Notes under the pieces: generated by a model
Databases searched by the model: none
What the model was told of the DNA's origin: nothing
Seen by the model: the letters and a program-made list of their open reading frames with translations, nothing else
Shown: piece after piece, positions 46,201-54,270 of the stretch
Position numbering within the stretch: position 1 is the stretch's first letter
Layout: every line of letters begins with the position of its first letter
Assembly: GCA_948467545.1 (NCBI GenBank)
Contig: CAOKER010000001.1
Coordinates: 287,477 to 351,476 of the forward strand
Direction: 5' to 3'
Length of the DNA stretch: 64,000 bases
Source of the DNA: an uncultured Eubacteriales bacterium
Lineage (GTDB): Bacteria > Bacillota > Clostridia > Oscillospirales > CAG-272
Position numbers and translations under genes: made by a program

Positions 46201-47250
46201 AGCGGAAAAATCAATTATATAATTTATACCGGCGCTGTTATGGATGAAACGGTCGGAAGCTATATAGGGCTTCACCGCCGTGCGATGCAGCTCGGTATTC
46301 CATGTCTTACGTCTCTTGATACGGCAAGCGCCCTTGCCGGTATTATTGAGAGTAGGTTTAATGAAAATAATACGGAGCTTGTAGATATATGTGCTATGCG
46401 TCCGTGGCGGCAGAAAATTCATTTTGCAAAGATGCACGGATGCGGAAACGACTACATTTTTGTGGAGAATTTTGACGGAAAGATTACCTGTCCGGAATCT
46501 TTGTGCGTAAGTCTTTGTGCTCCTCATTACGGAATTAACGGAGACGGTATTGTTCTGATCGAACGTTCCGCCGTTGCCGATGCGAAGATGCGTTCCTTTA
46601 ACCGGGACGGAAGCGAGGGACGTATGGCAGGGAATAATCTGCGGTGCGTGGCAAAATATCTTTATGATAAGGGTTATGTGCGGTCGGAGAATATTTCTGT
46701 AGAGACGGCCGGAGGTATTCATCGGGTTAAAGTTTATCTCCGCGACGGAAAGGTAAGTTCGGCTTCCGTGGACATGGGCAGGCCGAGTCTTCTGGTAAAA
46801 GACATTCCCGCGCTGGTTGATTCGGAGAGAATGATTGATTATCCTATCACTGTTTCCGGAGAGGAGTACAGGGTTACCTGCGTGTCAGTAGGAAATCCGC
46901 ACTGTGTTGTATTTTCAAAGACGATTGACGGATTGGATCTTAAAACTCTCGGACCCGAATTTGAACATGCCCCGGAATTTCCGGAGCGGATAAATACGGA
47001 ATTTGTACGTGCAGTAAACAGAACAACTTTGCGTATGAGAGTTTGGGAACGCGGAAACGGAGAAACTCTTGCCTGCGGAACAGGAGCGTGCGCAGCCGTC
47101 GTAGCAGCGGTTGAAAACGGTTTTTGCGAAAAAGAAACCGATATAACGGTAAAGCTCATCGGAGGAGATTTAACGGTAAATTATTCGGACGAGAAAATTG
47201 TTCTTACCGGAAACGCCGTTCTGGTGTATGAAGGTGAGTTTGAATATTAA
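43216..47250 (+). CDS. carB: Carbamoyl-phosphate synthase large subunit fused in frame to a diaminopimelate-epimerase-like domain
   Basis: 1344 aa, uninterrupted. aa 1-~1060 are typical CarB (two ATP-grasp halves plus an MGS-like domain). From 46396 (MRPWRQKIHFAKMHGCGNDYIFV) to the stop is a full DapF fold (SVGNPHCVVF, ETLACGTGACA). No stop codon lies between the two parts. Confidence 0.9.
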   Translation: MPKDSSIRKVLVIGSGPIVIGQAAEFDYAGAQACRILREEGINVVLVNSNPATIMTDKNLADEIYLEPLNKETVARIIEKERPDSLLAGLGGQTGLTIAMQLSRDGVLEKYGVRLLGSDIDAIDKAEDRELFRDTMKQIGQPVVPSDIAQELQTALDIADRIGYPVIVRPAFTLGGSGGGIANTREELQTIAATGLDMSPIGQILVEKCISGWKEIEFETMRDSVGNVIAICSMENFDPVGIHTGDSIVTAPALTLSDKEYQMLRSASLDMISALGIVGGCNCQFALNPDSFEYAVIEVNPRVSRSSALASKATGYPIAKITTKIALGYTLDEIKNDITGKTCACFEPTLDYVVVKFPKWPFDKFAGSSRKLGTQMKATGEVMAIAQSFEAALMKAVRGAEISLDTLNAEPISDKSVLDRLSEQDDRRLFTVFEALKKGFSVEEIHGITKIDRWFLYKLQKMADFELCLERDGLKEGDYARAKRLGYTDEAISRISGEKNLPKMDFSYKMVDTCGAEFDAETPYFYSCTDAYCEARSFKRSGRPVIVVIGSGPIRIGQGIEFDYSSVHCVWTLRKMGYDVVIVNNNPETVSTDYDTADRLYFEPLCKEDVMNIIKVENPIGVVVAFGGQTAIKLTQYLDGKGIRILGTSAEGIDIAEDRGRFDALLESFGISRPKGFGVISTEEAVDAAEKLGYPVLLRPSYVIGGQNMIISRTQKQTESYMEKILSEGIDNPVLIDKYMPGTELEVDVISDGTDVLIPGIMEHIERAGVHSGDSIAVYPPYNLTDRHLKKICDCSEKLALALGTKGLVNIQYLIYENDLYVIEVNPRASRTVPYISKVTNVPMVDLASEVMLGKSLSELGYGTGLYRTPPYFAVKVPVFSFEKLDDANSILGPEMKSTGEVLGVGKSMEEALFKGLTAAGFKVPSNRGGHGASVFISVEESDYQEVISLAKRFHDLGIRLYATSGTAASIAQLGIDVTSVSNYSDSDEISELLESGKINYIIYTGAVMDETVGSYIGLHRRAMQLGIPCLTSLDTASALAGIIESRFNENNTELVDICAMRPWRQKIHFAKMHGCGNDYIFVENFDGKITCPESLCVSLCAPHYGINGDGIVLIERSAVADAKMRSFNRDGSEGRMAGNNLRCVAKYLYDKGYVRSENISVETAGGIHRVKVYLRDGKVSSASVDMGRPSLLVKDIPALVDSERMIDYPITVSGEEYRVTCVSVGNPHCVVFSKTIDGLDLKTLGPEFEHAPEFPERINTEFVRAVNRTTLRMRVWERGNGETLACGTGACAAVVAAVENGFCEKETDITVKLIGGDLTVNYSDEKIVLTGNAVLVYEGEFEY

Positions 47251-47268
47251 ACATAGTTTTTTAATAAA

Positions 47269-47311
47269 ATCTCCCCATGATAATGTAATTGTCATGGGGA
47301 GATTGATTTTT
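47269..47311. terminator. Strong hairpin terminator after carB-dapF
   Basis: ATCTCCCCATGA-loop-TCATGGGGAGAT (12 bp) followed by TGATTTTT. An A-run precedes it, so it may act on either strand. Confidence 0.85.
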
Positions 47312-47335
47312 AAAAATCAGGATATTCTTCGCCTT

Positions 47336-47432
47336 TGTTACCGAGGCTTCCGCCGTTTTTTCAATTGCGGGACAGTTCGTCACTGAACCGCCTTGTGACG
47401 GCGAGTTGCTCCTTATCGAAAGGTTATACATT
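47336..47432 (+). repeat. Dispersed intergenic repeat, copy J
   Basis: TTCGCCTTTGTTACCGAGGCTTCCGCCGTTTTTT..CCGCCTTGTGACGGCGAGTTGCTCCTTATCGAAAGG. Closest to copy G. Confidence 0.6.
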
Positions 47433-47648
47433 TTTTGATGGTAATATGCTTTGATTTGAAGTACGATTCTGTTATAAAGACTTATGATTAGCTGTTTTCC
47501 GATGCAGGAATGTGATTGTCGGCTGACAAAACTTTAAGCTTTAAGCGGTGGTTTTACTTGCTCTTATCTTCTGCGTTAAGTTTATGACGACAAAACTCTT
47601 TGTGTCGGTTCTGAAGTCTTTATTAGTGTCATGTTAATAAAGATAGAT

Positions 47649-48536
47649 TTAAATTAAACCGTGATTTTTCAAAGCCTTTTTTAGAACAGCTTTATTTTCC
47701 TCTTCCATTTCACACAGCGGCAGACGCATTTCCGAGCTGCACAGGCCAAGAATTTCCATTGCGGTTTTTACGGGAATGGGATTGATTTCACAGAAGAGTG
47801 CGTCTATCAATTCGAGCATTTCTATCTGCAGTTTTGCTCCTCTGCAAAAATCGCCTTGCAGGCAGGCACTGCACATTTCGTGTGTTTCTGCCGGGAGAAT
47901 GTTGGAGACAACGGAAATTACGCCCTTGCCTCCTACGGACATGATAGGGACGGTAAGCTCGTCGTTGCCGCTGTACACGTCGATTTTATCTCCGAATTCG
48001 GCAAGAATTCTTTCGCTTACGGCGACATTTCCCGAAGCTTCTTTTATTCCCGCTATATTTCCGTGATTTGCAAGCTGTCTGTACACCGATAGCGGAATAT
48101 TGCAGCCTGTCCTTGACGGAACATTATATAAAATGAGCGGTTTTTCGGATGCGTCGGCTATTTCCGAAAAGCTTTTAATGAGTCCTTTGGAGGTTGCCTT
48201 ATTATAATATGGTGTGACGACAAGCAATGCGTCAGCGCCGGAATATGATGCAAACCTTGACAAGGATTTTGAGTAAGAAATATCATTGGAACCGGTTCCC
48301 GCTATTACGGGAACTCTTCCGTTTGATTTTTCAATTGTATAGTTTATACAAGCCCGATGCTCGTAGTCGGAAAGCGTGGCACATTCGCCTGTTGTCCCGC
48401 ATATCACGAGCGCGTCCGTGCCGTTTGAAATCTGTCTTTCGATCAGGCTGCCAAGCGTGTGAAAGTCGACCGCGCCGTTTTTTATGGGAGTGATCAACGC
48501 GGTGGCTGAGCCTGTAAATATAGTTTTTTTGTTCAT
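47649..48536 (-). CDS. dapA: 4-hydroxy-tetrahydrodipicolinate synthase
   Basis: 295 aa. GTTGE motif (VICGTTGECATL), YNVPSRTG, Schiff-base Lys region AGIKEASG. Confidence 0.95.
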   Translation of the reverse strand: MNKKTIFTGSATALITPIKNGAVDFHTLGSLIERQISNGTDALVICGTTGECATLSDYEHRACINYTIEKSNGRVPVIAGTGSNDISYSKSLSRFASYSGADALLVVTPYYNKATSKGLIKSFSEIADASEKPLILYNVPSRTGCNIPLSVYRQLANHGNIAGIKEASGNVAVSERILAEFGDKIDVYSGNDELTVPIMSVGGKGVISVVSNILPAETHEMCSACLQGDFCRGAKLQIEMLELIDALFCEINPIPVKTAMEILGLCSSEMRLPLCEMEEENKAVLKKALKNHGLI

Positions 48537-48869
48537 ATATTCACCGTGCCTTTGAAGCTCAAAGGCTTCCTTTCAAGTAACATCCGCTCAGTGTCGGCAT
48601 CAGTAAAATTTCCGGGAAAGGTTTGTTTCCTTTATATATAATAAGGATGGCGGCTATGAAAACCACAAAAAAATAATAAAAACCGAAAAACGGCTTGAAA
48701 TAGATTATTTTGTGTAATATAATATATAGAGAGCGGATTCTTCAAATTGCTTAGCCTCATTGCCGAGAGGGCAAAGAGCGCCTATAACATGATATGCCTG
48801 CAATGGTTTTCGTGTTCACGCTGAATTTGTCTTTCTTTAAAGGGCGAATATAACTAAAAGCAAAATGTA

Positions 48870-48966
48870 TCCGCCCGTTTTGCGGCGGGTTCTGCCGAAT
48901 TTTTAGGACGGCGTGCCGGTTTTTCCGTCCGATGTCTTAATACGGAGCTTTGCACCTTATTGAATT
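48870..48966 (+). repeat. Dispersed intergenic repeat, copy C (exemplar)
   Basis: TCCGCCCGTTTTGCGGCGGGTTCTGCCGAATTTTTAGGACGGCGTGCCGGTTTTTCCGTCCGATGTCTTAATACGGAGCTTTGCACCTTATTGAATTG. Confidence 0.7.
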
Positions 48967-49019
48967 GCAAAGTCATACTGTCAGCTTCCGTCCGAGATTG
49001 AAATAAGGAATTTATTATT

Positions 49020-50105
49020 ATGTCAGATTATTTAGACGGAGAACGTCTCATCTTAAACGATAAAATTGATACCGACCTGAAAAAGAGCGATTTTTTTTAT
49101 GAGCTGCCGACGGAGCTGATAGCTCAGGTGCCTTCAAAAGAGCGCGATATGTCGCGCCTTATGGCTGTCGACAGAAAAACCGGTGCGCTTGAGGACCATA
49201 TTTTTCACGATGTTGTTGATATGCTTGTACCCGGAGACGTACTGGTTATTAATGATTCAAAGGTTATTCCCGCTCGTCTCCATGGAATTAAGAGCGAGAC
49301 CGGCGCCGTAATAGAAATGCTTATGCTCCGACAGCGCGGAGACGATATTTGGGAGGTTCTTATTCATCCCGGAAGACGTGCAAAATTCGGAGCGGTTATT
49401 ACTTTCGGTGACGGGATTTTAAGTGCCGAGGTTTTGGAAACAATTGAGGGCGGAAACAGGCTTGTAAAGCTAAGCTATGACAAAAGCGGCGGTGAAAACA
49501 TTTTTTCGGTTCTTGACCGTATCGGTGAAATGCCGCTTCCGCCGTATATCACGTCAAGGGAGTCTGATCCGTCGAGGTATCAGACCGTATATGCGGAACA
49601 CGAAGGATCTGCAGCCGCCCCGACAGCGGGGCTTCATTTTACGGAGGAACTGCTTCGACGTATAAAAGATAAAGGTATTGATGTTGTCCCTGTGGTTCTG
49701 CATGTTGGGCTCGGTACCTTTCGTCCTGTAAAAGAGGAGTCGGTTTCCGAGCATATAATGCATACGGAGCATATTGAGATTTCACGTAAATCTGCCGAGA
49801 AAATAAACAATAGGACCGGGCGGGTGATTGCTGTCGGAACGACGTCCTGCCGCGTACTTGAAAGTGTAGCCGACGAGAACGGAAAGGTGTCTCCGATATG
49901 CGCCGAAACCGGAATATTTATTTATCCGGGATATAAATTTAAAATCGTCGAAGGATTGATTACAAATTTTCATCTTCCCGAAAGTACGCTTCTTATGCTG
50001 GTTTCTGCCTTTTCTTCGCGAGAGATTATGATGAAGGCATATAAAGAAGCAATTGAAAAAAAATATAGATTTTTTTCGTTCGGCGACGCGATGTTTATAG
50101 TATAA
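49020..50105 (+). CDS. queA: S-adenosylmethionine:tRNA ribosyltransferase-isomerase
   Basis: 361 aa. SDFFYELPTELIAQ, PLPPYI, VGTTSCRVLES, FFSFGDAMFI. Confidence 0.95.
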   Translation: MSDYLDGERLILNDKIDTDLKKSDFFYELPTELIAQVPSKERDMSRLMAVDRKTGALEDHIFHDVVDMLVPGDVLVINDSKVIPARLHGIKSETGAVIEMLMLRQRGDDIWEVLIHPGRRAKFGAVITFGDGILSAEVLETIEGGNRLVKLSYDKSGGENIFSVLDRIGEMPLPPYITSRESDPSRYQTVYAEHEGSAAAPTAGLHFTEELLRRIKDKGIDVVPVVLHVGLGTFRPVKEESVSEHIMHTEHIEISRKSAEKINNRTGRVIAVGTTSCRVLESVADENGKVSPICAETGIFIYPGYKFKIVEGLITNFHLPESTLLMLVSAFSSREIMMKAYKEAIEKKYRFFSFGDAMFIV

Positions 50106-50412
50106 AAGATTGTCGATTATATATTTTTTTATGCGTAAATTTTGGCGATGCGATTTTTACTGTATAGACAGATTGACAATTTGTAAGCAGGTGTCAATCG
50201 TTAATTTTATTACCGTTCGCTATATATTCCATATGTCTCGTTTGAGAGATGTTCATTCCGCAGCAATGTTTTTGTATTTTGATTTTATTTTACGAAACGT
50301 AAGCGGAATATAAGCGAAATAATAGAAGACTTATATCACGAGAATACTTGAGAAATAGTGTTTATGCTTGTGTACATATTAATAAAATAAATATTTTGAT
50401 TAGTGATTTTAA

Positions 50413-51369
50413 ATGAATAGTAAAAAAATAAAGCTTATAGCTATAACGGGCCCTACTGCGTCCGGAAAGTCCGCGCTTGCCGTTCGTCTGGCACACATTC
50501 TGGACGGAGAAATCGTATCCTGCGACTCGATGCAGATATACAAGGGCATGGATATTGGTACTGCAAAGCCGAATAAATCCGAAATGGAAGGAATTCCGCA
50601 TCATATGATTGATGTGGCCGATCCATATGCATTATGCGGATACAATTGCGCGCGCTACTGTGCTGAAGCCGGGGATATAATACAGGCAGTATCATCACGT
50701 GGAAAGCTGCCTATTGTTTGCGGAGGCACAGGCATGTATCTCGATGCATTGATACGGGGAACCAAATTCGGGGACGCGCCTTCTGATCCGGATATAAGAG
50801 AAAAGCTGAGCGGATTGACGTCGGATGAGCTTTATGCAAGGCTGTTGGAGGTTGATCCCGAAGCGGCGGCGTCAATTCATCCCAATAACGTTAAACGTGT
50901 TGCCCGCGCTGTAGAGATTTACGAGGTTTCGGGTATGACTAAAAGCGAATGGGAGAGAAAATCTCATTCTTCGGTATCTCCGTATGACTGTCGTGTGATT
51001 GCGCTTGACATACTTGACCGCAGTGTTTTGTACGAAAGAATCGGAAGACGGGTTGATAGTATGATTAAGAACGGTCTTGTTGATGAGGTTGCTTCATTAG
51101 ATCTCACGCCGGGGACAACTGCTGCCGAAGCGATAGGATATAAGGAAATATACTCATATCTGCGCGGCGATACTTCACTCGCCGACGCGATAAACCGGAT
51201 TAAAATAAATACTCGGCATTATGCAAAGCGCCAGCAGACATGGATGCGTCACAGAAATTATCTTAACTGGGTTATTGCATGTGATAAGTACGATACGAAT
51301 AAGAATAATTTGAAAAATATTGTAAATATTTCATTAACACTGCTTAAAAATGAAATAAATGTGATATAA
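50413..51369 (+). CDS. miaA: tRNA dimethylallyltransferase
   Basis: 318 aa. P-loop GPTASGKS, DSMQIYKGMDIGTAKP, HHMID. Confidence 0.95.
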   Translation: MNSKKIKLIAITGPTASGKSALAVRLAHILDGEIVSCDSMQIYKGMDIGTAKPNKSEMEGIPHHMIDVADPYALCGYNCARYCAEAGDIIQAVSSRGKLPIVCGGTGMYLDALIRGTKFGDAPSDPDIREKLSGLTSDELYARLLEVDPEAAASIHPNNVKRVARAVEIYEVSGMTKSEWERKSHSSVSPYDCRVIALDILDRSVLYERIGRRVDSMIKNGLVDEVASLDLTPGTTAAEAIGYKEIYSYLRGDTSLADAINRIKINTRHYAKRQQTWMRHRNYLNWVIACDKYDTNKNNLKNIVNISLTLLKNEINVI

Positions 51370-51406
51370 TAAAAAAACGTTGATGCATGTAATTCTGAAA
51401 CACATA

Positions 51407-51432
51407 TAGGGGGCTTTCTGCCCTTATTGAAT
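51407..51432 (+). repeat. 3'-module-only fragment of the dispersed repeat (copy F)
   Basis: GGGGGCTTTCTGCCCTTATTGAATTT. This is the hairpin plus the CTTATTGAAT tail only. Confidence 0.4.
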
Positions 51433-51438
51433 TTTATT

Positions 51439-52695
51439 ATGGATATTCAATATTTAAAAAAGACCGCGGGATATGTTCTTACAGCTGCCGTGTCGGTTAT
51501 GATAATAGTATACATACTGTTTCATCTTTTTGGAGAATATGACTCGGGACTTGAAACCGTTGCTGCCGAATACGTGACAATGGAGCAGTCGCTGACTGTT
51601 GAGGCATGTATTCTCAGAGATGAAAGTGTAATTTATGCTATGACGGACGGCAGTACAAATTATCTTTATTCTGACGGAGAGAGGGTTTCCGCGGGAAGTA
51701 CTGTGGCTCAGATCTATGCCGATAACAGCATCGGCGGCGAGCTTATCGATATTGACAAGAAGATTACGGTTTTGGAAAAAAGCAGCTTTTCGGATGTGAT
51801 TGCTTTGTCGGATACAGTTACAATTGATTCCAATATAGATTCTGTTTATTATTCTATACTTGATAAAACCGGAAAAGGCGATTTTGACTCTGCGGTTTCA
51901 CAGAGTGATGATCTGCTTGTTCTTTTGAATAAGCGCGCGCTTATAACGCAGAATGTGCAAAGCTATTCCGATAAGATAGCCCTGCTTCGTCAGAGGCGCG
52001 ATGAGCTTTCCGCATCTGCCGGGGAATCTGTGGAGTCTGTAACAACTCAGTCATCCGGCTATTTTTATTCTCAGACAGACGGTTTTGAAGGAATTTATTC
52101 ATCATCAAAGGTAGATGAGCTTCAGCTTTCCGATTATGATGTGATTTGTAATTCTGTTTCGAATTCTTCTCTTTATTCGGACGGAACAAAGCATGCTGTC
52201 GGAAAGATTGTTACCGACTACAACTGGTATATTGCATGCACCGTATCGAAAGTGGACTACAGAGCCGTGTCATCAGAACGTACCTCGTTTGATATTATTT
52301 TTCCCGTAAATGATGATAAATCTGTAAAGACAGAGCTTGTCCGTGTCGTTAATCCTGCGGACGATGACAGAGTTTTGCTGGTTTTTAAGTCGGATATGCT
52401 TTTGGAGGACTTTGATTATACAAGACGTCAGACTGTGGAAATAAAGACCGCGGAATACAGCGGATATAAGGTTCCGGTATCTGCGGTAAGGCTTGAAAAC
52501 GGTATTAAGGGAGTTTATATTCTCGACAGCTCCACCGTTTATTTTCGCGAAATTAATCCGCTGTTTGAAAAGGACGGCTGGATTGTGTGCGAGGAAAAAG
52601 ACTCGTCTGATGAAAATCAGAAGAACCGTCTTTCGCTTTATGATTTTGTTATAACTGAGGGGAAGGATCTGTATGACGGAAAAGTATTGTCGTGA
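51439..52695 (+). CDS. Membrane-anchored protein of unknown function (HlyD/membrane-fusion-like barrel-sandwich features)
   Basis: N-terminal TM helix (GYVLTAAVSVMIIVYILFHLF) followed by a soluble ~380-aa domain. The start is ambiguous (TTG 51427 or ATG 51439). The functional call is weak. Confidence 0.45.
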   Translation: MDIQYLKKTAGYVLTAAVSVMIIVYILFHLFGEYDSGLETVAAEYVTMEQSLTVEACILRDESVIYAMTDGSTNYLYSDGERVSAGSTVAQIYADNSIGGELIDIDKKITVLEKSSFSDVIALSDTVTIDSNIDSVYYSILDKTGKGDFDSAVSQSDDLLVLLNKRALITQNVQSYSDKIALLRQRRDELSASAGESVESVTTQSSGYFYSQTDGFEGIYSSSKVDELQLSDYDVICNSVSNSSLYSDGTKHAVGKIVTDYNWYIACTVSKVDYRAVSSERTSFDIIFPVNDDKSVKTELVRVVNPADDDRVLLVFKSDMLLEDFDYTRRQTVEIKTAEYSGYKVPVSAVRLENGIKGVYILDSSTVYFREINPLFEKDGWIVCEEKDSSDENQKNRLSLYDFVITEGKDLYDGKVLS

Positions 52696-53437
52696 CGGGA
52701 CGGATGGGGAAATTATATTTCCCTGCGATTTTGACAGCTCTCTTCTTAAAGAGGTACGTGATAATTATCTTAGGGTAGTATATAATGTTAATAATACTTG
52801 TGAGCGCTTGGGAATAAAATATCCTGTAAAGATTTCGGCTGCTACCAAAACGGTTCCGCCGTCGGTAATAAATTATGCCGCTTCGCTTGGTCTTGACTGT
52901 ATCGGTGAAAACCGCGTTCAGGAATTTCTTGATAAAGAAAGTTTTCTTGACGGCAGTATAGAACGGCATTTTATCGGTACGCTCCAGCGCAATAAAGTAA
53001 AATATATCATCGGAAAGGTATCGCTTATTCAGTCTGTGGACAGCGTGCCGCTTGCGCTTGAAATAAGCAAACGCGCCGAAAGCAGCGGTTATGTTCAGGA
53101 TATTCTTGCTGAAATTAATATTGGAAGAGAGAGCGGAAAAGGCGGTTTTTTGCCGGAAAACTTAGAAAATTCTCTTGATATGATGTCGGAATTTCATGGA
53201 ATAAGACTTTGCGGAATAATGACAATAGCGCCTTATTGCGATAAAAAAGATGATTATCGAAAATTTTTTGCCGAAACTTATCAAATATTACTTGACATAG
53301 CGGCAAAAAAAATGCATAATATAGAGGTACCCTTATTGTCTATGGGTATGAGTGATAATTATGAGATTGCAATTGAGTATGGGGCTAATATAATCAGACC
53401 GGGTACGGCTATCTTCGGAAAGAGACATTATAATTGA
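52673..53437 (+). CDS. yggS: YggS/YlmE-family pyridoxal-phosphate homeostasis protein
   Basis: AATKTVPP..GENRVQE..HFIGTLQRNKVKY..LSMGMSDNYEIAIEYGANIIRPGTAIFG. Conserved position before sepF. Confidence 0.9.
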   Translation: MTEKYCRDGTDGEIIFPCDFDSSLLKEVRDNYLRVVYNVNNTCERLGIKYPVKISAATKTVPPSVINYAASLGLDCIGENRVQEFLDKESFLDGSIERHFIGTLQRNKVKYIIGKVSLIQSVDSVPLALEISKRAESSGYVQDILAEINIGRESGKGGFLPENLENSLDMMSEFHGIRLCGIMTIAPYCDKKDDYRKFFAETYQILLDIAAKKMHNIEVPLLSMGMSDNYEIAIEYGANIIRPGTAIFGKRHYN

Positions 53438-53448
53438 ACGGAGTTGTC

Positions 53449-53543
53449 TTCCGCGTCTATGGCGGAGGGATCCGATTCGTTTTTAGGCGTAGGTACAGTC
53501 CGTCGCCGAAGCGCCGAATATGGCGGGCCGCGCCTTATTGAAT
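53449..53543 (+). repeat. Dispersed intergenic repeat, copy E (yggS-sepF spacer)
   Basis: TCCGCGTCTATGGCGGAGGGATCCGATTCGTTTTTAGGCG..CGCCGAAGCGCCGAATATGGCGGGCCGCGCCTTATTGAATT. Confidence 0.6.
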
Positions 53544-53594
53544 TAAACCGTGGCAACATTGATATGTGAATAATATATTTTGGAGGATGTAAAA

Positions 53595-54119
53595 ATGGGA
53601 TTCATTGACAAGTTTAAGGATATCGTTAATCCCAAGGATATCGACGAAGGCTATGAGGACGACGAATACGTGTTCGACGACGGCGGAAATAATACGGAGT
53701 ATACGAATTATGATACGGATTATCGTTCTCAGACAAGTTATACTCAGAGACAGCAGCCCCACAGCAATACAGCGTATATGGGCGGCGTTGGTTCTCCGGC
53801 CGGAGTTGAGCTTAACGGTACAGCGCTTGAGTTGAAGGTGGTAAAGCCTAAGCATTGGGACAGTGTCAATCAGATTGCGGATCATCTTATTAGCAAACGT
53901 ACGGTTGTACTTAATCTTGAAGAAACGAACAAGGAAGAGGCTCGACGGATGATAGATTTTCTCCTTGGTGTAGTGTATACTATCGAAGGAGATATTAAAA
54001 AGGTTGCGAATAATACGTGGGTAATAACGCCTAATAATGTAGACCTTTCTCAGGACAGTCAGCAGACCCAGAGAGGATCTAATCAGTCACAGAATAACAT
54101 GCAGTATACTTCGATGTGA
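53595..54119 (+). CDS. sepF: Cell division protein SepF
   Basis: Start MGFIDKFK after GGAGGA. The core VVLNLEETNKEEARRMIDFLLGVVYTIEGDIKKVANNTWVITP is SepF-like. Confidence 0.9.
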   Translation: MGFIDKFKDIVNPKDIDEGYEDDEYVFDDGGNNTEYTNYDTDYRSQTSYTQRQQPHSNTAYMGGVGSPAGVELNGTALELKVVKPKHWDSVNQIADHLISKRTVVLNLEETNKEEARRMIDFLLGVVYTIEGDIKKVANNTWVITPNNVDLSQDSQQTQRGSNQSQNNMQYTSM

Positions 54120-54270
54120 TATATATAGCGAATGTGATTATCCGGGATCTGTAAAATATGTTCAAAACCGCAGTTCTTTATTGTCAAGGCTTGTTTGTAA
54201 AATCAAAAATAAGAATCCGGTTTTAGTTGTTTAAAAGTCGGTTCTTTTATCCGAGGATATGGTGTTTTAG

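Noticed and set aside
33181-46722. Long antisense ORFs: 33181..33813, 36083..36817, 40214..40912, 43189..43944, 44794..45579 and 46159..46722, all on the minus strand
   Set aside because: Each overlaps a well-supported plus-strand gene (alaX-like, argG, ABC ATPase, carA/carB). Their translations are Arg/Ile/Phe-rich with no motifs or RBS. They are typical shadow ORFs.
48537-48900. Expected lysine riboswitch (L-box) upstream of dapA
   Set aside because: Isolated fragments (GCCGAAT, ACTGTCAG, AAAGGGCG) occur on the plus strand, which is the wrong strand for dapA, and not in L-box order. The minus strand lacks the GAGGCGC/GGAGAG P1 elements. No call made.
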